A stretch of 64,000 nucleotides of DNA, taken from a virus (Duplodnaviria > Heunggongvirae > Uroviricota > Caudoviricetes). Of the stretch, positions 16,278 through 24,189 are shown in pieces. The notes beneath the pieces were generated by a model, which saw nothing but the letters and a program-made list of their open reading frames with translations, ran no database searches and was not told where the DNA came from. The position numbers were made by a program, and so were the translations under genes. Each line of letters starts with the position of its first letter. The stretch's first letter is position 1. Where the stretch lies: the IMG/VR virus record IMGVR_UViG_3300023297_000003, one strand, 5' to 3'.

Positions 16278-17715
16278 TGGTTTCGGAAAGTTTTTCAACT
16301 TTCCTGGCGTCCTTTCACCGCCGTTAACGCTCTGCCGAAACAGAGTGACGTACCCGACCAGTTATTGGGTACGATTCGCCCCCAGGAATCTCGCCTGGGT
16401 TACCATGCATGCCTGCAATATTACAGGAACCGATGGCAGGGCTGTGAGCCCAACTATTCTTCGGCCTCAGGAACTCGTCCCTCAACCACGACCAAGCTCT
16501 CGGACGTAAAGTATGCTTTCGGGATCTTCCTTCCAGGTTTACCCGAGAACCCCCACGACCTGTTAACTTGTCCGTAAAACGTTGACTCTCCAAATAACCC
16601 ATACCCCTGCGAGCTATCACTAGCGCAGCAGCAGTGTGAACATTCAAAGAGTACATGTCCTGATACTTCAGTTTTCCCAGCACCGAAGTAAACGCTGGGT
16701 TAACCTCGACAACTTCGACACCCATCTTCACAGCACGAGACTTGATTGCTTCCAGCATCTGACGATGAAGGAAATTGGATCTCATACGATTGAACTTCTT
16801 GTTCTTCTGTTTACCTGCCCGAAAACGTAGTTCCTCAAGAACAAGAGGCTTCTTTGTTAAGAAGGCAAACAAAACGACCCGAACCGCAAGTTGCCGAATG
16901 TCATAGGTCTGTTTTTCGGATTTGGCGAAACGAATCCTCTGTTCCTTTTCATAGTGATGGTGAACAAGCTGTCCCTGAGAGTTCGTTTCAACAATAGCAA
17001 GACCGTCAGGGTTGCAGTCGATACCAATGGTTCCCTGACTAACAGGTTTCGTTACGATCTGTGGGGTTTCAAATTCTGAGGAAATCTTGACCTCAATCTG
17101 ACCCTTACGGTAGATAAGTCTCACGTCGTAGCAGTCTGGATTGAACTCAAACTTGTCAGGCATCCAGAACTTGCCCTCAATCCAACGACCTCGTTCCGAA
17201 GGGTCGTTAACGAGGATTCGGTTACCCACTATACGGATGTTAGGATTCCCTCGCTTGGTTTTGTCTCCTCGGGAATAGAGTTGTGAGTTACGCCTCTGTT
17301 GCCATTCCCCCTTGGAGATCTTGCCTTTTTGGAGGTCTCTCCAAGCTGGTTTGCCTCCGAAAATTACCGAGGGGGTGTTTCTCTTTTGGGCAGCGAGGCC
17401 GCAAGCGTCTCCAACATACCGTTGGTTTAGGCCAGCCATGTAGTTTCCCTTGATGGCTTTTTTGACCTGATTTCCAAAGTCGCCTGTTCGTCGTGTGTGC
17501 TGATATGCCGCTCTGGTAGCAGAGGCTTGGATTTTCATCAGAGTGAGGATCCGATCCAACGCTGGATCTGGGAACCAAGCTCTGCCGTGGGCAACCTTCC
17601 TCATGGTTCAAAGAGTACAGGGTACGATCCTCCCTGTCAAGTTTTCTCTATGCATCTCGTGTAATCCCTTTTGCCCAATTTCGCCCAAGATTTTTGGAGA
17701 CTGTTCAAACCTCCT
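16276..17715 (-). mobile_element. Non-autonomous TnpB element (IS607-like), copy 1
   Basis: Ends shared with copy 2: left AGGAGGTT...TTGAC, right GGTGAAAGGACGCCAG-hairpin-CGAAACCAGG. Confidence 0.7.
16324..17604 (-). CDS. tnpB: TnpB RNA-guided endonuclease
   Basis: GIDCNPD, LVLEEL, VNPAFTS, HTAAALVIARRG. Confidence 0.88.
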   Translation of the reverse strand: MRKVAHGRAWFPDPALDRILTLMKIQASATRAAYQHTRRTGDFGNQVKKAIKGNYMAGLNQRYVGDACGLAAQKRNTPSVIFGGKPAWRDLQKGKISKGEWQQRRNSQLYSRGDKTKRGNPNIRIVGNRILVNDPSERGRWIEGKFWMPDKFEFNPDCYDVRLIYRKGQIEVKISSEFETPQIVTKPVSQGTIGIDCNPDGLAIVETNSQGQLVHHHYEKEQRIRFAKSEKQTYDIRQLAVRVVLFAFLTKKPLVLEELRFRAGKQKNKKFNRMRSNFLHRQMLEAIKSRAVKMGVEVVEVNPAFTSVLGKLKYQDMYSLNVHTAAALVIARRGMGYLESQRFTDKLTGRGGSRVNLEGRSRKHTLRPRAWSWLRDEFLRPKNSWAHSPAIGSCNIAGMHGNPGEIPGGESYPITGRVRHSVSAER

Positions 17716-17739
17716 TGAGACTGACTTTTTTCTGAAAAG

Positions 17740-17811
17740 AGCGGGTGATGGGATTCGAACCCACAACGTCTGCGTTGGCAACGCAGGACTCTACCGTTGA
17801 GCTACACCCGC
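17740..17811 (-). tRNA. tRNA-Gly(GCC)
   Basis: Canonical cloverleaf. Confidence 0.93.
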
Positions 17812-17820
17812 AAACTGAAG

Positions 17821-17955
17821 CTGCCCCGACAGGACTTGAACCTGTGACCTCCCTAGCTTGTATGCTCCACTGGATGGCACGTTGCCGTGCCGAGGTGCGG
17901 AGCGGTGTTTGCTTCCCTTAAAATGGGGGCGCTCTACCAACTGAGCTACGGGGCA
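17821..17955 (-). ncRNA. Y-RNA-like ncRNA 6: tRNA scaffold with permuted module inserted 3' of the anticodon loop
   Basis: TGCCCCG/CGGGGCA; GCTCCGC-ACCTC-GGCAC...GTGCC-ATC-CAGTGGAGC-ATACAAG. Confidence 0.78.
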
Positions 17956-17964
17956 ATACAGAAC

Positions 17965-18261
17965 CTAGTCGTACCACGGGAGACCTTGCTCCCGGATCAT
18001 CGCTACAATCTCGGGTGGCACCGTGGACGGTCCGAGTCCTTTGTACGAGCCCTTCAGGGTCACGTGGCGTTCCGGGTGGGAATAGAGGAACAGAACCTTC
18101 CCGTCTCCATCCTTGACCTCGATGATCTCCTGGTTCACCATCTGTTGGAAGGATCCAGAATCGACCCGGTACTCCTGACCGACCCGCTCGGGAACCCCAT
18201 CCACCTCGATCACGTACTCTACGGACAACCGGACGGACAAACTCTTTATGATGGTTCCCAT
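17965..18261 (-). CDS. Hypothetical protein
   Basis: AGGAGG RBS. Confidence 0.7.
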   Translation of the reverse strand: MGTIIKSLSVRLSVEYVIEVDGVPERVGQEYRVDSGSFQQMVNQEIIEVKDGDGKVLFLYSHPERHVTLKGSYKGLGPSTVPPEIVAMIREQGLPWYD

Positions 18262-18294
18262 AGTGTGCCTCCTGATGAGGACACTCTACCACGG

Positions 18295-18368
18295 TGGGCC
18301 GCACAGGAATCGAACCTGTGACCCCGTGATTAAAAGTCACGTGCTGCTACCTACTGAGCTAGCGGCCC
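18295..18368 (-). tRNA. tRNA-Lys(TTT)
   Basis: Cloverleaf, loop CTTTTAA. Confidence 0.92.
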
Positions 18369-18384
18369 TTTGTCAACACAAACA

Positions 18385-18411
18385 CTACTCTGTCAGGTCT
18401 GTCGATGATCC
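18385..18411 (-). promoter_or_regulatory. GGATCATC-N13-GAGTAG promoter-like motif
   Basis: Exact match. Confidence 0.7.
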
Positions 18412-18415
18412 AAAA

Positions 18416-18472
18416 GCGTCCCTAGCAGGATTTGAATTCAGGATGCCATGCTACCAGGCTGCACTACCCCCC
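18416..18472 (-). pseudogene. Chimeric tRNA remnant (Pro-like 5' half + Arg-like 3' end)
   Basis: GGGGGGTAGTGCAGCCTGGTAGCAT...TTCAAATCCTGCTAGGGACG. Confidence 0.6.
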
Positions 18473-19108
18473 AAGTTTGTCCCACCTTTCCTGAGCATCA
18501 GGACAGATTGTGACAGCGGATGTCAGGTGTGTAAGTTCCTCCCAATTCCAGACATAGCAAATGTCAGTGAACAGGTCGTAACCCACAAGGAAATCAAAGT
18601 CACCTTTCTGATAACGACCTCCAGTCCTACGCCCTCTTCCAAAATGAAGAGACACAGTGGACAGGCCGTGTCCCTTATTGGGCCTCCATGCGGTTTTGAC
18701 CTGTATTTTGTGTACCTGCCCCGTAGATGGGACCTCTACTAACCAGTCGGTCTTATCCCCATCAAAGACAGACCCGAAAGGATTGAAACCATGGATGAGG
18801 AGTCGTAACAGTACTGCTGTCTCTGAAACCTTAGCCACTTGGACTCCATTAAGCCCCTTACTTCTGACAAGGGAGTGAATCTCAGATTCGGTCCCTCGCT
18901 CCTTTTTTCTTCCCTTGTTCCAAGCTCCCGGATGTGCCCGTTTTAGGCACTCTCTCTTTTCCTCCGCTGTAAGAGGGTAACCCTTCAGCCAACTGGAGAG
19001 CGAACCTTTGCTGACCCCCAGTCTTTCCTGCAATTCCCGGTAAGAGAGTCTTTCCTCCACACGCAGTCTGATACACTCAACTTTCAACTCTGGTTTGGAT
19101 GCAGCCAT
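18464..19108 (-). CDS. HTH + PD-(D/E)xK homing endonuclease (I-Ssp6803I-like family)
   Basis: LSYRELQERLGVSKGSLSSWL; DWLV...KIQVKT...YQKGDFDF. Confidence 0.82.
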   Translation of the reverse strand: MAASKPELKVECIRLRVEERLSYRELQERLGVSKGSLSSWLKGYPLTAEEKRECLKRAHPGAWNKGRKKERGTESEIHSLVRSKGLNGVQVAKVSETAVLLRLLIHGFNPFGSVFDGDKTDWLVEVPSTGQVHKIQVKTAWRPNKGHGLSTVSLHFGRGRRTGGRYQKGDFDFLVGYDLFTDICYVWNWEELTHLTSAVTICPDAQERWDKLGG

Positions 19109-19173
19109 CTGAACCCCCCTTACGGGTTCAGTTTATCAGTAAGGGGGTTCAGACACAAGTGGCTTTTGTTCTA

Positions 19174-19245
19174 GTCGGGATGACTGGACTCGAATCAGCG
19201 ACCTTTTGGCCTCAGCAAGTGCTCTATTCAACTGAGCTACAGGGA
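19174..19245 (-). pseudogene. Chimeric tRNA remnant (Arg-like 5' half + Pro(GGG)-like 3' half)
   Basis: GTCCCTGTAGCTCAGTTGAATAGAGC joined to ...CCAGTCATCCCGA. Confidence 0.65.
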
Positions 19246-19257
19246 CAAAAGGAAGAA

Positions 19258-20406
19258 TCAGGTCATCAGCACTTTGTTGGGGACGGGGAGGGTTGTCCAA
19301 TCGGAAAGATAATTGCTGACCCCATCTACATAGATGTAGGGGTTGAAAGCATCAGGAAGCACCCAGCTGATCCCTGGTCCCGACGACGTCACACTACAGT
19401 CCTCCAGCCGGGTGTCTGACAGCGTACAGGTGTTTTTGATGGTGCTAGGGGCTGCCAAATCTATATGCACGTGCCTAGCCCTGATGTGATCAACCTCAAT
19501 CTGATCACCCACTACACTACAGGACCGCATGCTGAGCTTTGCCGCTCCATAGATGATGTCTCCGTGGACCACACACTCATCCCAGAAATTGACTTTATGC
19601 TTCCCCACTACAGGGAAGGACGGTCCGTAGATGTTGAGGACGTTTGAGTCTTTCAGCAAAATGGTGGAAGAGGTAACCGCTGGACCCACGTAAACACCGC
19701 TCGACTCCATCCGTATCACGTTACCGGAAACGGTCAGAGGACCTTTGAACAGGGCAGCACAACGTATCCCCGTTTGGACCTCTGCAGGGTTAGGAAAAAG
19801 CATGCTCTCCAACAGGAGACCAGCATCTCCATTATAGCTGGTGCCAATGAAGTACACCTTTCCAGTACAGATGAAGGATCCGGAAAGCAAAGCAAAGACA
19901 CCTGAAATACTGTCCGTGTCAGTCGGCGGAGCAGTTACCGCCGGGCGGACAATCACTGTACAGGGATCCGCTGGAGCCGGACTGACGGCGTCTCCGACGA
20001 TGATATCACAGGTGTAGGTCAGAGGTGGCGGTGGCACCCCTGTCTGTAATGCTGTAATGAAAAGGGGCAACCATGCCGTCTCTCCAAAATAGACACTCCC
20101 ATGACAGTTAATGATCGTGGCTCCACCCCGTGAAATGGTGAGGGGTACAGACGCTCCTGGATCATAAATCCCACCCAAGGCCCAAATGGTTCCTGTAAAG
20201 GTGGTTAAGTCCGCAGCATTGTAAGCGGGAAGAGCATCAACCGCATCCTGAAGGTTTGTATAGGGGTGTAAGGACGAACCGTCTTCGACCCCGTCAGGAT
20301 TCGCTCTCGCAGGAGGGACTACGTAAACGTCCGTCGCTCCCCCGGCATCGGGATCAAAGTGGTACTGGAGTCCCTGCTTGAACTGATCTACAACGTTGTA
20401 AGACAT
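19258..20406 (-). CDS. Hypothetical beta-rich protein, possibly virion-associated
   Basis: 382 aa; DGS..PY.NLQDAVD motif typical of beta-helix N-termini. Confidence 0.6.
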   Translation of the reverse strand: MSYNVVDQFKQGLQYHFDPDAGGATDVYVVPPARANPDGVEDGSSLHPYTNLQDAVDALPAYNAADLTTFTGTIWALGGIYDPGASVPLTISRGGATIINCHGSVYFGETAWLPLFITALQTGVPPPPLTYTCDIIVGDAVSPAPADPCTVIVRPAVTAPPTDTDSISGVFALLSGSFICTGKVYFIGTSYNGDAGLLLESMLFPNPAEVQTGIRCAALFKGPLTVSGNVIRMESSGVYVGPAVTSSTILLKDSNVLNIYGPSFPVVGKHKVNFWDECVVHGDIIYGAAKLSMRSCSVVGDQIEVDHIRARHVHIDLAAPSTIKNTCTLSDTRLEDCSVTSSGPGISWVLPDAFNPYIYVDGVSNYLSDWTTLPVPNKVLMT

Positions 20407-20461
20407 CGCATCCTCCTCTGTTCACAGAAGCTGAGGCATAGGAGGATTAGCGGTAGCACAG

Positions 20462-21082
20462 TCACAGAACAAGGAACCCATGATCGAATTCCCAATGATG
20501 TGTAGGACATAAAGCAACATTGTTTGATTCGGCATTTACCTCTGCCAATGTGGCTGTCTCGGGGAAGGAAGAAATTGCTTTGCGGTGACAAAGTTCAACA
20601 TGTCTACTGTAACCACAGACGGCGCAGGAAGTTATGAGATGAGCGTTCCATCGACGATTCAATACTCTGACGTAAGCCCATCTCCAGGAAGGATGTTTGT
20701 TAGCTACGGATGGCCGGGAGGAGCATTCAGCCAGAGTCATGTGTTTTAGATTCTCTTTTGCTTTTTTACGCCTTTGCTGGCATCCGGGACAGAACTTAGT
20801 GCGCTGGGTGCCCACAAAAACAAAGCTTTTTCCGCAGTCCTTGCAGAAGCGTTCTTTGCGTTTGCGCTTAGGATTGGATGTGTTTGCATGGCTGGCAGAA
20901 CACGAACGAGAACAAAAACTGTTACTCCGCTTTTCATAAGGTAAAAGCAATCCACAGTGGGCACAACATTTTTGAAGTCCTGTAAACTTCGCCACCGCTT
21001 CAGAATGTTGCCGTTTCCTGCACGCCTCCATCGCTTCCTGTGTTTTGGCGTACCCTAATTTCCCACTCTCAATGTTGTTCAT
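20462..21082 (-). CDS. HNH homing endonuclease
   Basis: FCSRSC; CAVCG...VELCHRK...NNVALCPTHH. Confidence 0.85.
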   Translation of the reverse strand: MNNIESGKLGYAKTQEAMEACRKRQHSEAVAKFTGLQKCCAHCGLLLPYEKRSNSFCSRSCSASHANTSNPKRKRKERFCKDCGKSFVFVGTQRTKFCPGCQQRRKKAKENLKHMTLAECSSRPSVANKHPSWRWAYVRVLNRRWNAHLITSCAVCGYSRHVELCHRKAISSFPETATLAEVNAESNNVALCPTHHWEFDHGFLVL

Positions 21083-21145
21083 GCTACCCCCTTGCCGTTA
21101 TGATACCGTAGCAGAGGCGGAGAAGCAATCGGTCTGTTTCGATAG

Positions 21146-21220
21146 CGCCCCTGGTGGGAGTCGAACCCACATCATCCAATTACGGTGTACCTGTTTAGAA
21201 GACAGGCCCGATACAGGGGC
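21146..21220 (-). tRNA. Atypical tRNA-Arg(TCT) lacking canonical D arm
   Basis: GCCCCTG/CAGGGGC, CCTGT-CTTCTAA-ACAGG, long variable region. Confidence 0.7.
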
Positions 21221-21224
21221 GTAG

Positions 21225-21297
21225 TCGGCCCGGCTGGACTCGGACCAGCGACATCCGCTATGTCGAAACGGCACTCTACCAACTGAGCTACGGGCCG
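21225..21297 (-). tRNA. Atypical tRNA-Val(GAC), C33, Pro-like acceptor
   Basis: CGGCCCG/CGGGCCG-A, loop TCGACAT, T-loop TCCGAGT. Confidence 0.7.
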
Positions 21298-21593
21298 ATA
21301 CTCTCGTTCTTTTCCCTTTTTCGTGCAACTACGGACAGGACCTGAATGTCAACCTTTTCACCCGGAGAGGCTTTCTGTTTCCCGAACGCCCACAAGGCGT
21401 GACATCCGTCAGGTGCCCTGAAGAACAGCCACCGAGGCCAGCCCCCGCAGTGGTCCCTCCACGCTCTTCGCAGGGTTGGGTGCCCATGCCCCTCCCATGC
21501 TGACCGGAACTCACTCGGCCCCTTGTCGGTTCCCGTGTAGTAACGATGAGCAATGTCGGGATCTTCCAGGACATGGTACGTCGGCGTCATCAC
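21288..21593 (-). CDS. Hypothetical protein
   Basis: Coupled ORF. Confidence 0.5.
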   Translation of the reverse strand: MMTPTYHVLEDPDIAHRYYTGTDKGPSEFRSAWEGHGHPTLRRAWRDHCGGWPRWLFFRAPDGCHALWAFGKQKASPGEKVDIQVLSVVARKREKNESIGP

Positions 21594-22508
21594 TCAGGTC
21601 ATCTCAAGGGGTTCGCCCAGCTTGTCCACGATCTCCTGGAGGGTCAGGTCACACAGGTCGTCCTTCCAGTCCCCTACAAAGTAGAGCTTCCGGGATCCCC
21701 GGAACACACCGAACAGGATGGGATCACGACGTCGGGCCATCTCCTCCTCCACCTCGACCTGGGACATCTCAGCGGACTTGCCCATTGGGTCGTAGTGAAG
21801 GACCACGTAGTTGTCGAAGATCCCGAGTTCGTCACACCGGACCTTCTCGGCCACCACCTCGTCGGGGATGGGCCGGGTAAAATGCCGGACCCAGTCCAAA
21901 CACAGGCCCTTCTCACAGCCCTTAACGAACTTGAGGAGTTGGGGCTCCGTGATGAGCTTCTTCCGGCCCGCAGCGAACAGGGCGTTCTCGGTCTGGTGCA
22001 GACCCTTCTCGGCCTTCAGCTTCTCCAGCAGGGATTGCTGTCCTGTCAAGGAAGCCTGCTCCAGCATCTTCTCAAGCTGTCCATCCCGCTCCGTCCAGAC
22101 TTTGATTTCCTCTGGGTCCGTGAGCACCTGATCGAACACCAGGGTGATTGGTTTCGGGGGCTCCTCAGGAGGAGGCTTCGTAGCCCAGAGCTTTGTCCAC
22201 CGGATCAGGAGCCGCACGAAAAGGGTCTTCTTGGTTTCCTGGAGACTGTTCATGATGCCGATGGGGTTATCCGATGTCAGGGTGAAGGAGCCGCTGTCGG
22301 ACTGCCAGATCTCCGGGGGACGGCGTGTCCTCCGCATTTCCCCCCTGATGGGGGTGGTGTTGTCCCCGAACCCCTCCTGGTCATCACCATTGTCGTCATC
22401 ATCAACCTCCCGTTCCTTCACGAACTTGGGTAGGCCAGGATCGACAACAAAGCGGTCGAAGATGAGCAAAGAGTCGTGGGGGTTCCTGGTATCAAGCGTC
22501 TTCAGCAT
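21594..22508 (-). CDS. Conserved large-phage hypothetical protein
   Basis: 304 aa; VVLHYDP...DPILFG...LYFVGDWKDDLCDLTL. Confidence 0.75.
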   Translation of the reverse strand: MLKTLDTRNPHDSLLIFDRFVVDPGLPKFVKEREVDDDDNGDDQEGFGDNTTPIRGEMRRTRRPPEIWQSDSGSFTLTSDNPIGIMNSLQETKKTLFVRLLIRWTKLWATKPPPEEPPKPITLVFDQVLTDPEEIKVWTERDGQLEKMLEQASLTGQQSLLEKLKAEKGLHQTENALFAAGRKKLITEPQLLKFVKGCEKGLCLDWVRHFTRPIPDEVVAEKVRCDELGIFDNYVVLHYDPMGKSAEMSQVEVEEEMARRRDPILFGVFRGSRKLYFVGDWKDDLCDLTLQEIVDKLGEPLEMT

Positions 22509-22780
22509 GATGTCCTCCTAGCCACAGCAGTAAGAGTGCCATCTTGGAGTACATGATCTTTAACCTCCGCAGGCGTCCACAATGCTGTCGGCCCCCCAAA
22601 AGCGGGCAAATGACATCGGACTAGCGTGTCCCGTTGGGTTTTCGTCAGCCCCTCAAACTGTTTAGACACGACCACCACCCGATGCCCAGGTCGTCCACCC
22701 CCTAGAGGATAGAACTCCACAGTCTCTTGAGGAAAGTAGGGTCGAAGCTGCTGTTGTAGCTGGGCTGATGTGCTCTTCAT
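22502..22780 (-). CDS. BolA-like protein
   Basis: HRVVVVSKQFEGLTKTQR...TPAE. Confidence 0.6.
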   Translation of the reverse strand: MKSTSAQLQQQLRPYFPQETVEFYPLGGGRPGHRVVVVSKQFEGLTKTQRDTLVRCHLPAFGGPTALWTPAEVKDHVLQDGTLTAVARRTSC

Positions 22781-22829
22781 TAGGTCCCTCCTGTTCCTTA
22801 CTCTACCCTAACGGGACAGGAAGACCACA

Positions 22830-22907
22830 TGGCGGTCCATACGAGATTTGAACTCGTGATCTCTTCCGTGACAGGGAAGCGGGGACTCCAGACTCCCCCA
22901 ATGGACC
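22830..22907 (-). tRNA. tRNA-Asp(GTC)
   Basis: Cloverleaf, G73, CCA. Confidence 0.93.
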
Positions 22908-22985
22908 GTAACGGACCCCTGCCTTAACGTAGCTGGGGATGAGTCCTTAGTACCAAGGACAACGGGCGCTCCGTCGAGACATCCG

Positions 22986-23058
22986 TGGGCAGTAGTGGAT
23001 TCGAACCACTGACCTTTCGATTATCGGTCGAAGGCTCTACCAACTGAGCTAACCGCCC
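22986..23058 (-). tRNA. tRNA-Ile(GAT), C33
   Basis: Loop CCGATAA. Confidence 0.88.
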
Positions 23059-23063
23059 TGAGG

Positions 23064-23137
23064 TTGGCCTGGGCGGGGTCGAACCGCCGACCTTTCGCTT
23101 ATCAGGCGAACGCTCATACCAACTGAGCTACAGGCCA
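23064..23137 (-). tRNA. tRNA-Ile(GAT)
   Basis: Loop CTGATAA. Confidence 0.9.
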
Positions 23138-23143
23138 AGAGAT

Positions 23144-23219
23144 TGGTGGGACCGGAAGGAGTTGAACCTTCAACCAACGGATTAAGAGTCTGCTGCGCTA
23201 CCAATTGCGCCACGATCCC
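23144..23219 (-). tRNA. tRNA-Lys(CTT)
   Basis: Cloverleaf, CCA. Confidence 0.92.
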
Positions 23220-23220
23220 A

Positions 23221-23349
23221 TGGACTGAAGGGAGGGATTCGAACCCCCTAGACCCCGGTAGATGGTACCCTCCACAACAGGGCCAACCGATTCACCTGGC
23301 TCCGTCTTGATGAGCAAAGGCGTTCCTCCAGCTTTTCTGCTGGCCAGCA
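23221..23349 (-). ncRNA. ~128-nt tRNA-like RNA with T arm and CCA end
   Basis: GCTGG/TCAGT-CCA, GGGGGTTCGAATCCCTC T arm, expanded centre. Confidence 0.6.
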
Positions 23350-23352
23350 TAG

Positions 23353-23427
23353 TCGGGGTGGCCGGATTCGAACCGACGACTTTCACGTCCCGAACGTGAT
23401 GCGCTAACCAGACTGCGCTACACCCCG
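23353..23427 (-). tRNA. tRNA-Pro(CGG)
   Basis: Canonical. Confidence 0.93.
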
Positions 23428-23453
23428 ATTTGAGTGGTATGGTGCTCTGAACA

Positions 23454-23858
23454 ATGTCGGAGATCCCTGTGGATGAAACCAGATTGAAAACATGTGACCG
23501 GGCCGAAGCTTTTCTCAAAAACCTACCCGGAACCAAGGGAATTGGATTAACCTCCGCATTGGTAGCTCTTTCTTCGGCTGAACTCGCTGATGCTTTTAAT
23601 CGTTTGGAAGAACAGGGCCAGCGGGTAGACCTCATCCTAATGAGTGATGACCATTTCAGAGATCTTCGGCGTGTCTCCCCCGACATTCTCACACTGGAAA
23701 AACCAACTGAAACAAAGGAAAGGGGACTCAAAGCCTTTGTGTGGGGGGCCGCTGTATTCGTCCATTGGGATGTCCCCGCCAGGTGGTCCTATTTAATAGG
23801 GGAAGTCCCAACAGGTTCCAAGGAATCCCCCGCCTGTTCAGCCATCAACACCAGATAA
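23454..23858 (+). CDS. Stand-alone protein resembling part of an HK97-fold major capsid protein
   Basis: LADAFNRLE...RVDLILMS...FRDLRR...GLKAFVWGAAVFVHWDVP...YL pattern. Confidence 0.5.
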   Translation: MSEIPVDETRLKTCDRAEAFLKNLPGTKGIGLTSALVALSSAELADAFNRLEEQGQRVDLILMSDDHFRDLRRVSPDILTLEKPTETKERGLKAFVWGAAVFVHWDVPARWSYLIGEVPTGSKESPACSAINTR

Positions 23859-23861
23859 TAG

Positions 23862-23935
23862 TCGGGATGACTGGATTCGAACCAGCGACTTTCTGACCCC
23901 CAGTCAGAGGCGCTACCAAGCTGCGCTACATCCCG
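23862..23935 (-). tRNA. tRNA-Pro(GGG)
   Basis: Canonical. Confidence 0.93.
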
Positions 23936-24117
23936 ATACTTAACATTCAGCGGGGGTGACAGGACCGGATAGAAGGTCCGAAGCCTTTCCTGATCCCTGT
24001 TTAAACGTAAAAAAATTAACCTTGGAGCTAGAGAGTCAAGGCACCCTTTTTGAAGACACCCCTAACCTACAGATGCGAGGATGCAAAGATTTGAACTTTC
24101 AATATTGTGGTCTGTAG

Positions 24118-24189
24118 TGGGCGATACAGGACTCGAACCTGTATTACAGGCTTCGTAGGCCTGTGTCCTATCCGTTAGACGAATCACCC
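24118..24189 (-). tRNA. tRNA-Arg(ACG)
   Basis: GGGTGAT/ATCGCCC, loop CTACGAA. Confidence 0.88.

Noticed and set aside
18464-19108. Group I intron in a tRNA
   Set aside because: Flanks are too short for a catalytic core and no P7-like motifs were seen
22930-22965. Hammerhead-like GATGAGTCC...GGAC on plus strand
   Set aside because: Lacks intact CTGATGA and GAAA core
23221-23349. tmRNA
   Set aside because: Too short, no Ala acceptor identity, no tag ORF
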